Positions 21,750-30,968 of a DNA stretch of 64,000 nucleotides are shown here, piece by piece. Where the stretch lies: the NCBI GenBank assembly GCA_965206645.1, contig CBDBKE010000004.1:1952001-2016000 (forward strand). The letters run 5' to 3'. The position numbers and the translations under genes were made by a program. The notes beneath the pieces were generated by a model. The model had not been told where the DNA came from. It searched no databases and saw nothing but the letters and a program-made list of their open reading frames with translations. The DNA is from Terriglobia bacterium (GTDB lineage: Bacteria > Acidobacteriota > Terriglobia > JAJPHL01 > JAPKYU01). Within the stretch, counting starts at the first letter, position 1, and every line of letters starts with the position of its first letter.

Positions 21750-22875
21750 ACACGATGGCGTCGTTTATAAACGCAATGACGGCAGGATTCTCTGGATGTC
21801 CTATCGGGACCGTAGCGGTAAGCGGATCCGAGAGTCGACGTTTACCGAGGATTGGGATGAGGCGCAGCGGAAGCTCCGAGAGCGCCTCCAGGCAAGGGAC
21901 GATAGGATCTTGGACATTGTCCGGAAAGGAGAGCATTTTCGATTTGCTGAGTGGGTGGATTTTTTCTTGGAGAATTACTCGCAGCCTCCGATTCGCGCGC
22001 ACCGGACCCACGAAGCTAATCTGCGGTGCAGCGCGCATCTTAAGAAGGCTTTCGAGGACAGGAATTTGGGCGATCTCACAGCCGACGATGTGGAGTTCTA
22101 CTTGCGGCGCCGGCTGCAGGATCGAGTGCCAGTCCGAACTGCCGTAGGTGTCGTTCAGCGCGGGCGGCTCAAGCCCGCAACGGTGCATCAGGAATTGCGG
22201 GTACTGCGCCGAATGCTGAACGTCGCGGTGCGGAAGAAACTGCTTCCGGCAAATCCGTGTCTGGGAGTCGAGTTCCCCGTCAAAGTTAAGGGGCTCTTCC
22301 GGCCGCACTACATGTCCTGGTCCGAACAACAGAGAGTTGAACTTCAAGCGCCCGAGTATCTGCAAAACATTATTCGGATCATCACCGAGACCGGACTCCG
22401 CATATACAAGGAGCTGCTGCCGATGAAAAAGGATCAGGTGGACCTGGACAATGCGGTGGTCTGGATTGCGGATTCAAAGACGCCCGACGGAATCTCGGAG
22501 GTCCCACTGACCAACGTTGCTCTGGAAGCGTTTCGTGGTCAGATTCGAATCTCGGGGCCCGGCCCTTGGCTTTTCCCGAGCCACAATAACCCAAGCACGC
22601 ACCAAAAGACTCTGAAGACAGTCTGGCACGCCGTTTTGCGAAGGGCCAAGGTCCCTTACTTCCGCATCTACGATCTGCGCTCGACGTACGCGACACGGTT
22701 GAGCGCCGGCGGAGTGGCGGACGAGTGGGTTACGCAGCTTCTCCGTCAAGGGGACGCGAAAGTGTTCAAGAAATATTCGCAAATGAAGCTGCAAATGAAG
22801 CCTGAGGCTTTACAAAAGCTGAACCGGATGGCAAACGAGGCCAACCGGAGTTTTGTCACGGAGCGACCAAATTGA
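21733..22875 (+). CDS. Tyrosine recombinase / integrase
   Basis: N-terminal arm-binding-like domain, TGLR, SKT, YDLRSTYATR (HxxR variant), C-terminal KKYS. Confidence 0.9.
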   Translation: MARPSKHDGVVYKRNDGRILWMSYRDRSGKRIRESTFTEDWDEAQRKLRERLQARDDRILDIVRKGEHFRFAEWVDFFLENYSQPPIRAHRTHEANLRCSAHLKKAFEDRNLGDLTADDVEFYLRRRLQDRVPVRTAVGVVQRGRLKPATVHQELRVLRRMLNVAVRKKLLPANPCLGVEFPVKVKGLFRPHYMSWSEQQRVELQAPEYLQNIIRIITETGLRIYKELLPMKKDQVDLDNAVVWIADSKTPDGISEVPLTNVALEAFRGQIRISGPGPWLFPSHNNPSTHQKTLKTVWHAVLRRAKVPYFRIYDLRSTYATRLSAGGVADEWVTQLLRQGDAKVFKKYSQMKLQMKPEALQKLNRMANEANRSFVTERPN

Positions 22876-22901
22876 GGGGTTTTGTCACGGTTTTGTCACG
22901 G
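22850..22901 (+). repeat. Three GTTTTGTCACGG direct repeats (putative integrase arm sites)
   Basis: Copies at about 22850, 22879 and 22890, between int and the tRNA fragment. Confidence 0.75.
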
Positions 22902-22987
22902 TCGAGGGGTATTTGGCCCTCTCTGGGGGCGTTCTGGAGTTTCGCAAAATCAGGAAGTGGTTTAGAATCAATAGAGCGACTTCAGTC

Positions 22988-23027
22988 GGGCGGTTAGCTC
23001 AGTTGGTCAGAGCGCCTGCCTTACAAG
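22988..23027 (+). tRNA. 5' half of tRNA-Val(TAC), truncated just after the anticodon (att remnant)
   Basis: GGGCGGTTAGCTCAGTTGGTCAGAGCGCCTGCCTTACAAG with no T-arm or 3' acceptor strand following. Confidence 0.85.
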
Positions 23028-23902
23028 TGGCTACCTCTCCTCTTCTCCTTTCACTCTCTCCCTTCTTTTCCATAGCTTTACACTCATTCAGGGACTCTGC
23101 TTTCGCTCAGCACATAACCCTTTTTGGCTGTTTGACTTGCATTTCTGACACATTTTCGGCACAGCAGGAAGTTCATGAGAGCGACTGCCGTGGACAGATG
23201 CTCTGTTTGAAGATCGCCTCCGAGGGAGATTGCTATTCCCACTCATGGGCCGAGGCGCTCGTCTGCGATTACCAGTTGGCGCATGCCTCAAGCACAAATG
23301 CGTCCTGCCCTCTTCAGCTGGACCGGCACGGCCAGTCCGAAAATATCTGGATACAACCTGCAAACTGAGCGAGATACCAAATTGGGTCGTGCCACATTCG
23401 CACTTCGGAAAATGCCACACGCACTCCTTTGTCAGTGTGGCAATCTGGTTGACCCTCTCCTTGACCTCGGCAACTCTTAAACTCTTCCCGTCCGGCACCG
23501 ACTTTTGGGGCTCCATTCTTGTGGTTCATAGGTCCGAATCCGGCCCGCTCAACCGGCTCGTGATCCAAGTGGCGTAGCTGTCGATCGAGCGGCCCCGGTC
23601 CCGCGTCGCTGTCGGAAGTTCTCGCAGCGCAATCAAGCAATCGCTCGCCCCGTTGACATCCCCATACTCGGTACACACCCCCTGATCTGGCCGAGGATTT
23701 GAAGTAGCAAGTGAAGCTCTTGGCAGCCAACTACAGGGAGATCGCCGCAGCGTTGAGAAGGGTCTGAACACTATCCGGCATATCGTCCAGCGGCAGCAAA
23801 ACGGGCCGAATGTGCGTCAGCGCGCGTTCAAGTGCGGCTGGATTGCTGTTCGAGTCCGAGTGGATCCTTGTTCAAGTGTTAGTGGATTCGTGTTAAAGTG
23901 CG

Positions 23903-24520
23903 ATGGATTCAGCAAACATTATAATAAGTTTCGCCGCCATGATCGATTCTGATATCCGCTCGGCTCTCCATCGCAAGCGCCTCCGGCATCAGAGGTCGCA
24001 TCCCGACACCGTGGTCATCGATGAGCTTGGTCTGGCCCATGCCCGAAGCCGAATCGATGTCGCCGTGATCAATGGATATATCCATGGTTACGAGATCAAG
24101 AGCGCCCAGGACAACCTAGATCGCTTGGGAAGCCAGTTGGAAGTCTACCGACAGACGCTCCAGAAACTGACGCTCGTCACGGCCTCCAGGCACTTGTCTA
24201 GAATTCTGTCTGAAGTACCAGACTGGTGCGGTGTGATCGAAGCTAAGCAGGGACCACGGGGTGGAATACGGTTACATTCTGTCAGGTCTGCCAGGTCAAA
24301 CCCAGATATTGATCCCGTTATGCTGGCACACCTTCTCTGGAGACCGGAAATCCTCGACCTGCTCTCCAGGATTGGATACGCTCCGAAGGAACTGCGTCAC
24401 CCCCGGAAGCGGCTCTACGAGCTGCTATGCGAGGTCATGACGACTCGGGAATTGGCCGCCGCGATCCGCGAGTTCATGGCGCGCCGCCAAGTGTGGCGAG
24501 ATCATCCAGCACATGCGTGA
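23903..24520 (+). CDS. sce7726 family protein (PD-(D/E)XK-like)
   Basis: DSDIRSAL, IDELGL, RIDVAVINGYIHGYEIKSAQDNLDRL, PDWCGV, LAHLLWRPE. Confidence 0.85.
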   Translation: MDSANIIISFAAMIDSDIRSALHRKRLRHQRSHPDTVVIDELGLAHARSRIDVAVINGYIHGYEIKSAQDNLDRLGSQLEVYRQTLQKLTLVTASRHLSRILSEVPDWCGVIEAKQGPRGGIRLHSVRSARSNPDIDPVMLAHLLWRPEILDLLSRIGYAPKELRHPRKRLYELLCEVMTTRELAAAIREFMARRQVWRDHPAHA

Positions 24521-25568
24521 TGTGGTGATTGATCGCCACCTCCTTCCATCGTGTCAGATTGCTAGGGCCTTCCTGCCGTGCGGCGCATTTCGCGATGTAG
24601 TTATCACCGCTTGAATATCCCGGCCCCTTGAAAATGTTCTTGCTGACAAGATCCGCGCAGTAATCATGCATCTGCTTGGGATCGTCCCGAAACGCTCCGC
24701 CCTTGCGCACCGACCAACTACGCGGCGTCGTGTAGACGATCTTAGCTGCTGGCTTGATTATGCGCATGTCGCCCGCCGTGAATTCGGGATGGACGATCGT
24801 GTAGTCGCCGAAATTAGGGCGCCTCATCCCGGAGGGCAGTCTTTCCATCAGGGTCTGATAAAATAGCCAATCATGGCGCGGAATTTCATCGGTACCCTTC
24901 GCAACATCCCTAAACGTCTCGGGCATCGCTGTCCCGATCAAGACCAAATTTCGATACGCCTGCAGAGCGCTTAATTTGAGCAAGGTCACAATCATGGCGT
25001 TGGAGAATGCCCCATACGGCTCGAAATTTGGGGCAGCCAAGTCAACGATCAGATCAGTATTCGGTAGCTTGACACCAAGCGAAGATGCCACAGCTCGCAC
25101 CTGCGCATCCGGATTGGGTTTCATCAGGTCTTCGAGCCGAACTGATATGGCCACTCCAAGACCGTCCCTCTTCACAATGGCCGCGACTGCCCGGACCGTA
25201 TTTCCATCTACGTTGAGGGGGATTGCGGGGACGGCATTCGCATCGAACGCTCGCAATTCTTCAAAAACGTAAGTGAAAATATCTCGACCATCATCCATGG
25301 GCTTCTGGACGATACTCTTGTGCACCCCGACCCATGCCGACCGCTTACCCCACTTCGATTTGTAGCGGGCTGCAAAGGGATGGACGTGCTCCTGGGCGGA
25401 TTTCTTCGGCCGCCATTCCTCGAAATCAAACTCAATTGCTGGAATGGTGATGGACGGCACGATTCGATCCTTGACCGGGTCGGTAAGGCGGAGGAGGGCT
25501 TGGTATTCACCCTGCCGCCACCGAAGGGCGGGCACATACGTGTCGCTAGTCAAGATCATTAACCGCAT
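24474..25568 (-). CDS. Beta family protein (T4 beta-like)
   Basis: YVPALRWRQGEYQAL, FGDYTIVHP, YSSGDNYI, WKEVAINHHI; start probably ATG 25559. Confidence 0.85.
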   Translation of the reverse strand: MRLMILTSDTYVPALRWRQGEYQALLRLTDPVKDRIVPSITIPAIEFDFEEWRPKKSAQEHVHPFAARYKSKWGKRSAWVGVHKSIVQKPMDDGRDIFTYVFEELRAFDANAVPAIPLNVDGNTVRAVAAIVKRDGLGVAISVRLEDLMKPNPDAQVRAVASSLGVKLPNTDLIVDLAAPNFEPYGAFSNAMIVTLLKLSALQAYRNLVLIGTAMPETFRDVAKGTDEIPRHDWLFYQTLMERLPSGMRRPNFGDYTIVHPEFTAGDMRIIKPAAKIVYTTPRSWSVRKGGAFRDDPKQMHDYCADLVSKNIFKGPGYSSGDNYIAKCAARQEGPSNLTRWKEVAINHHITHVLDDLATLGGAP

Positions 25569-26823
25569 CCTCGAATTGTGTGCGGACCTGATTCTGACCG
25601 ACGAGATCGCTTAGAATTGTGTAGTTCCCACGCTCTTTGCGAATGCGGCCTGCGATGATGTTCGGATGAATGCCGAGATTCTCAGCGTCGATGCGCACCG
25701 CTTCCTCGGAAAGCGCGAAGCGCGACAAGCATCGCTCCCAAAGGCCTTCAGGGATTAGCGCGTTCAGCGCGAATTGATCCGCTTCGGCCTCAATGGTATC
25801 GGTGTCTGATGCGCTCTCCTCATCGAAGAAATCATAGCGCAGCCCGTCTAGCAGATGCAGGAATACGTGACCAAGTTCGTGGAGTAGCACGAACCAGAAA
25901 TTGTCCAAACGGTCATATCGAAGCGTGAGGCCAATAACCGGCCGTTCTGCGTCGCCGAGCATGGCCGCACCATCGAGATATGATCCAGGAAGATCCCGTT
26001 CAATGATGAAAGCGATACCTTTCTCCGCGAGTAGTCGGCTCGCACGCTTCGCGCCATCTTTGAACCTTGTCAGGTTTACCAACTCCGGTAGCCAACGATC
26101 ATCCGGCTCGAACTCGGCAAGCTCGTTATGCGTTGCGAGGTCTCGTGCACGCTCCAGGATGCGCGCCTGCCAAGCCAATAGTGCGTACTCGTTCGGCACG
26201 TTTCCGCTGCGCATCTTCTTTCGATGGTACGCCGTCGCAAATTGCGGACCCGCAGCACGGAGGAAGTATTCTTTGGCTTTCTCTAACTGGTTCGCGTTTC
26301 GCGGTACATCGAACCATTTGCGCTTGATCATCTCCCTGTATGGGAGCTGACCCCAGACGATATTATCTGCATCGCCCCACACGAATACGGAGCTGCCGGC
26401 CTGTTCGGCTCCCTCGAACATTCCAGAGGTCTTGACGCCAAGCGCACGGGAGACTTCGATTAATCTGCCGAGGCTCGCGCCCATGTAGTCGGTTGCTTCG
26501 TATCGCTGTATCTGCTGCGGCCTCATATCGAGCTTCTTAGCGAGATTCGTCTGGTTCATGCCAGCCGCGATCCGAGCCTGCACAAGCACGTGCGGCAGTT
26601 CTTCGAGAGCATAGGTCTTCGAGAAAGAAATCTGTCCGGACTTGAGTAGTTTGTACTCCGAGAGTTCCACCTCGATCTCCGCGATCTGACTCTTGAGCGC
26701 ATTGATTTCGGCCTGCTTCAGCCACAGCTGATCCGCTTCCCGACCCTCCGCAGCCGACAATGCAGTCTTCAGCTTTGCGAGTTCCGTGCTTGATACGCGG
26801 TATTGTTTTGTGCTGTAAATCAT
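25546..26823 (-). CDS. XRE HTH fused to an ImmA/IrrE (peptidase M78) metallopeptidase
   Basis: ARIAAGMNQTNLA..QQIQRYEATDY HTH; YLDGAA, RYDRLDNFWFVLLHELGH (HExxH), EAEADQFA. Confidence 0.9.
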   Translation of the reverse strand: MIYSTKQYRVSSTELAKLKTALSAAEGREADQLWLKQAEINALKSQIAEIEVELSEYKLLKSGQISFSKTYALEELPHVLVQARIAAGMNQTNLAKKLDMRPQQIQRYEATDYMGASLGRLIEVSRALGVKTSGMFEGAEQAGSSVFVWGDADNIVWGQLPYREMIKRKWFDVPRNANQLEKAKEYFLRAAGPQFATAYHRKKMRSGNVPNEYALLAWQARILERARDLATHNELAEFEPDDRWLPELVNLTRFKDGAKRASRLLAEKGIAFIIERDLPGSYLDGAAMLGDAERPVIGLTLRYDRLDNFWFVLLHELGHVFLHLLDGLRYDFFDEESASDTDTIEAEADQFALNALIPEGLWERCLSRFALSEEAVRIDAENLGIHPNIIAGRIRKERGNYTILSDLVGQNQVRTQFEDAVNDLD

Positions 26824-27299
26824 GGCTGCCCCTTTCGCAAAACAACCGGATCGGCCGAAAGCGAAACAGAAACGATTCCTTTCTTTTTGCCGGTGAAACG
26901 ATCCAATTGCAAAAACTCAACAAATGTCTGGCTCACATCTGCGCACGTCATGGACGATGGGAAAAACTCTCCCTTGAATGCCGCTTTCTGCGCAGCTCGG
27001 CCATTGTTGAAATCAAGAAAAATAGGGTCGAGCTTGCTGTGATCGACCCCGACGGGATCCCAACAGACATCGAAGTCTCTTGGCCGCAGCTTTCCCGTCA
27101 CATAGCTTCCGTCCAGGTAGATTATCAAACACCCAGCTGACCAAAGCCGTCCCGCGGCCTCCACCAAGCCGTTGAACAGATCGCGCCGCCACGTGTTCGT
27201 AGCAAATGTGGTCTCAACCTCATCAAGATCAGCCTGGTGTACACTCGGCGGCAGAACTGCCCAAGGCGATCCTTCCAAAGTGACGAGCCCTGGAAGCAT
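26820..27299 (-). CDS. DUF6932-like minimal nucleotidyltransferase-fold protein
   Basis: LPPSVH, IYLDGSYVTGKLRPRDFDV (GS..DxD), KKGIV. Confidence 0.8.
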   Translation of the reverse strand: MLPGLVTLEGSPWAVLPPSVHQADLDEVETTFATNTWRRDLFNGLVEAAGRLWSAGCLIIYLDGSYVTGKLRPRDFDVCWDPVGVDHSKLDPIFLDFNNGRAAQKAAFKGEFFPSSMTCADVSQTFVEFLQLDRFTGKKKGIVSVSLSADPVVLRKGQP

Positions 27300-27334
27300 A
27301 TTACAACAATACTATTGTAATGCGGCCTTGTCAA
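27300..27334 (-). promoter_or_regulatory. Sigma70 promoter (leaderless) with an overlapping operator-like inverted repeat
   Basis: TTGACA-17bp-TATTGT ends 6 bp before the ATG; IR ATTACAA-N8-TTGTAAT at 27300-27321 spans the -10. Confidence 0.75.
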
Positions 27335-27509
27335 GAGCTATCCCAAGGCCTGTAAAGCCCGCAAGAGGCACCCTGATCTCAGTTCAGAAATCCGGGGCCC
27401 CTCAGAATCTATTCAAGGGACCGACGACTATTCGATTCGCTGCAGAATAGTCTCCGCTGACATGTGGCAGGGGTAACAATCACCCTGTCGGGTCCACGCC
27501 CCGCACCCT

Positions 27510-27695
27510 GTGGAAGAACCTTCACGGAAGAACGTCCAGCAGGCGAAGGCCCATGAGCCGACAAAGCGGCTCCGTGTCGACGTGCCGGTATCAGCCCATC
27601 GGCGCGTCAAGACAGCGTGTAGCGCAACCCGCCGTCAGATGATCGCTGAGCCAGGAGACTGGATCGCAGCCTATATAATTGGAGCTTGCAAATGA
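27510..27695 (+). pseudogene. ParG-like ribbon-helix-helix remnant
   Basis: EPTKRLRVDVPVSAHRRVKTAC resembles plasmid-partition RHH proteins. Confidence 0.45.
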
Positions 27696-27726
27696 GGTCG
27701 GCTGGCGGCAGGTGGGGATGCCCCCG

Positions 27727-28428
27727 CTGATGCGCGTGTTGCCCTGGCGAGGATTCCTGCTGAAATGAAGCTTGTGGCCCCATACCGTTCACTTTGGCAA
27801 GAATACATCCTGCAATTTCCTTCGCGCTGCGTTCCATTCGCCGGAGGATAGCGGTCCGGTTCCAGGTGCCCCGTTCCGGTTGCGATTCCCCCATCAGACT
27901 TGCCGCCTACGACCGGAGAACGGGTGTGGGGTTGCGCCATTAGCCGCTGGCCTTCGCTGGTTCCGCTTTGTTCCGACGCAAGGCTCGCGCCAGAACGGTC
28001 CCCTCGCCTGGCAGGCGTCTGGCACTCGCTCTTGCCCTTGTCGGCCCTGCCCGTCACTGGCTTCGGCGGCGCTGTTCCTCCCGTGTCAGGGTTTGGCCGT
28101 TTCCGCCATTTGCGGGTGAGCGGAAACGCTCACAAACCCTTAAACTTTCAGGAGGAAACACATCATGGCTAACCCCAAACCCATCTCTGAAGTCCGCATC
28201 GGTCGCGTCAAGGCTGCGATTTGGCCGAACGGAACCGACGGCCGCACGCGGCACAATGTCACCTTCTCCCGTCTCTACAAGGACGGCGAGGAATGGAAGA
28301 GCACGCAGAGCTTCAGTCGCAACGACCTGTTGCTGCTCGCCAAAGTGGCCGATCAGGCCCACTCGCGTATCTTCGAGCTTCAGCAGGCAGAAGAGCCTCA
28401 GGCAGAATCCTAGTGCGACGCGCATCAG
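27727..28428 (+). repeat. Self-complementary gene module, copy A (antisense arm + structured leader + 82-aa gene)
   Basis: Diverged direct copy at 56105..56806; 27727-27940 is an imperfect reverse complement of 28165-28428. Confidence 0.85.
28165..28413 (+). CDS. 82-aa protein, putative PC4/SpoVG-like nucleic-acid-binding protein
   Basis: AGGAGG SD; paralogue at 56543 with conservative substitutions; beta-rich then helical pattern (fold is inference). Confidence 0.8.
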   Translation: MANPKPISEVRIGRVKAAIWPNGTDGRTRHNVTFSRLYKDGEEWKSTQSFSRNDLLLLAKVADQAHSRIFELQQAEEPQAES

Positions 28429-28431
28429 AGA

Positions 28432-28454
28432 GCGGCGGGGCTAGTCCCCGCCGC
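28432..28454 (+). terminator. GC-rich hairpin after the 82-aa gene
   Basis: GCGGCGGGG-CTAGT-CCCCGCCGC; no immediate U-tract. Confidence 0.45.
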
Positions 28455-28493
28455 GATCCGATCCTTTCGACAAGGAGAATGAACATGAACTGC

Positions 28494-28949
28494 TGCTGTC
28501 TAAGACTCCTGGTTCGATCGGGCAAGTCTCCGCAGACCGGGCCTACGACACGGGTTCCTGCTACGAGGCCGTGCTCCAGCACGACGCTATCGTGACGATC
28601 TTGCCGCGACGCAATGCACGATGCAGCCGAGACTCTCATCCGCCTCCGTGGCGTGCGATGCGTGATACCCATCTCCGGCGTATTAGGACGCAGGGCCGTT
28701 ATGAGTGGCGGAAGTCGAGTGGCTGCACTCGCCAGAGCGTGGCGGAGAATGCGGTCTCACGGTACAAGGCGATACTCGGGGTAAGCCTCTCGGCCCGCAC
28801 GGTCAAGAACCAAAAAGTCGAAGCCGCGATCAAGTGCGCTGTGCTGAACCGGATGGCGGAGCTTGGAATGCCACGATCGGAGCGCGTGTACTGAGGCGGA
28901 TGAGCTTCTCGGCCCGGTTCGCCGCGAGCGCGAATTACGCAACAACGCC
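28494..28949 (+). mobile_element. IS5-family (IS903-like) 3' fragment
   Basis: Matches the 3' part of 36595..37656 and ends GCAACAACGCC. Confidence 0.92.
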
Positions 28950-29032
28950 GCTTCGATCCGCTCCCGCACGCCGTCCACTGTGTGGACCGAAAGGAAGTTC
29001 TGGCGCGTCGCTTCTCTTCAGGTAAGCGTGCA

Positions 29033-29350
29033 TCACAAGCCGACAGAACTCCTGAGAATGGAGTCAAGAGGTTGAATATCCGAAACATCTACCGTCGCGC
29101 TCGCCATGGTAAGATCGTAGTTTGTCTGCATATTCATCCAGTAAAGAGGCGTTGTCCTGAACACTTTTGCCAGTCGAAATGCCGTATCCGGTGTCATCGA
29201 CGTCTGGCCCTTTACGATGCGCTCTATGCGCGTACGGGGTACGCCCAATTTCTTTGCCAAGGCACCGGCGCTCATCTCAAGGGGTTTGAGGTACAGTTCG
29301 TCCAGAACCTCACCAGGATGCATCGGAGCAAGAATATCAGTCATTTTCAT
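29033..29350 (-). CDS. higA: HigA-family antitoxin
   Basis: PMHPGEVL, ALAKKLGVPRTRI, TPDTAFRLAKVF, WMNMQTNYDL. Confidence 0.93.
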   Translation of the reverse strand: MKMTDILAPMHPGEVLDELYLKPLEMSAGALAKKLGVPRTRIERIVKGQTSMTPDTAFRLAKVFRTTPLYWMNMQTNYDLTMASATVDVSDIQPLDSILRSSVGL

Positions 29351-29356
29351 TGATCC

Positions 29357-29638
29357 TCAGTGGTAGTCCACAACCTCGACTTCATCCGGTCCACTATCGG
29401 TCCAGACAAAACAGATACGCCATCGCCTGTTGACCCGAACCGAATAGCGACCTTTGCGGTCGCCTGATAATTTCTCAAGATGATTGCCTGGCGGAAAGCG
29501 AAGATCCTCCAACTCAACCGCCGCATTCAACGCGACCAGCATGGCACGGGTCCTTCGAAGCAAGTCGGGCTGGAATCCCTTTGGTGATAGACCTCGGGCA
29601 ATCTTTTCGGTCCGCTTACTCTTAAAACCCCGTATCAC
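29357..29638 (-). CDS. higB: HigB-family toxin (plasmid maintenance killer type)
   Basis: [47 protein letters not shown]; GTG start at 29638. Confidence 0.92.
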   Translation of the reverse strand: MIRGFKSKRTEKIARGLSPKGFQPDLLRRTRAMLVALNAAVELEDLRFPPGNHLEKLSGDRKGRYSVRVNRRWRICFVWTDSGPDEVEVVDYH

Positions 29639-29676
29639 GGGATGATATGTATCACGCAATGATACCATCCGTCAAC
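29632..29676 (-). promoter_or_regulatory. higBA promoter with two GTATCA-N5-TGATA(C/T) palindromes
   Basis: Palindromes at 29632-29648 and 29649-29665; TTGACG -35 immediately upstream. Confidence 0.6.
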
Positions 29677-29728
29677 CTGTTTACAGCCGCATGTAAACTC
29701 TAGGTGGCCCGTAACGCCCGTACTGCGT

Positions 29729-30790
29729 GGCGTTGTTGCAGAAATCTGACTCCATCCCCAACGCTCTCCCCCCTGATAGGCTAGGGGAGGGGCAAAAGCG
29801 ACTACACCTTCCGATATAAAGTTCGCAACTGGCCGGAGTACAACCGGGCTCTGGTGAAACGTGGGCAGCTGACACTGTGGTTCGACACGGAGGCAGTCGC
29901 TGCCTGGCGTCATCCAGGACCCTTCGAAGGGCGAGGCCGGCCCAAGGTCTACGCGGATGCGGCGATCCAATGTGCGCTGGTCCTGAATTCGGTGTTTCAC
30001 CTCAACCTACGGACCACTCAAGGGTTCCTTCAATCCATCGTGGCGCTCATGGCGCTCGACCTCCCAGTGCCCAACTACAGCACGGTGAGCCGAAGGCAAA
30101 GCGCCGTCGACGTCCTACTGAGTGTAGGGCCCACGGATCGACCACGACATGTCGTCATCGATTCGACGGGCCTGAAGATCTACGGAGCCGGTGAGTGGCA
30201 CATCAGAAAACACCGAACCCTCCGCCGTAGGACATGGCGAAAGCTCCACCTAGGCGTCGATGAGACGACGAAAGAGATCGTTGCGATGGACCTGACTGCA
30301 AGCAACGTCCACGACGCCCGAAGGCTCTCTTCGTTGCTGTCTAAGACTCCTGGTTCGATCGGGCAAGTCTCCGCAGACCGGGCCTACGACACGGGTTCCT
30401 GCTACGAGGCCGTGCTCCAGCACGACGCTATCGTGACGATCTTGCCGCGACGCAATGCACGATGCAGCCGAGACTCTCATCCGCCTCCGTGGCGTGCGAT
30501 GCGTGATACCCATCTCCGGCGTATTAGGACGCAGGGCCGTTATGAGTGGCGGAAGTCGAGTGGCTGCACTCGCCAGAGCGTGGCGGAGAATGCGGTCTCA
30601 CGGTACAAGGCGATACTCGGGGTAAGCCTCTCGGCCCGCACGGTCAAGAACCAAAAAGTCGAAGCCGCGATCAAGTGCGCTGTGCTGAACCGGATGGCGG
30701 AGCTTGGAATGCCACGATCGGAGCGCGTGTACTGAGGCGGATGAGCTTCTCGGCCCGGTTCGCCGCGAGCGCGAATTACGCAACAACGCC
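29729..30790 (+). mobile_element. IS5-family (IS903-like) IS, full length, start codon mutated
   Basis: GGCGTTGTTGC IRs, 1062 bp; ATG>AGG relative to the 36654 copy; no TSD. Confidence 0.93.
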
Positions 30791-30879
30791 CCGCCTTGTA
30801 CTTCCTGATCGACATCTCCAGTTTCCTCCTTCGTGAGATTCTCTCTCACTTCAGCTGGTACAAAAGATCGGTCTGGTCA
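30791..30879 (-). mobile_element. Left end of a second IS3 variant, truncated
   Basis: TGACCAGACCGATCTTTTGTACCAGC...GGAGATGTCGATCAGGAAGTAC (MSIRKYK). Confidence 0.75.
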
Positions 30880-30968
30880 CGCTGAGCCAGCGGACTCGTT
30901 CTGTGGAGAGGAAAAGCTACGTTCGATGGGATAGATCTAATCTTGGGAAATTCTGATGCACCGCAACT

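Noticed and set aside
23088-23771. Overlapping ORFs after the tRNA fragment
   Set aside because: No recognisable family; probably decayed sequence.
27607-28057. Minus-strand ORFs (also 55947..56354) containing MAQPHTRSPVV
   Set aside because: By-product of the antisense mirror arm; the frame relative to the 82-aa gene is not kept.
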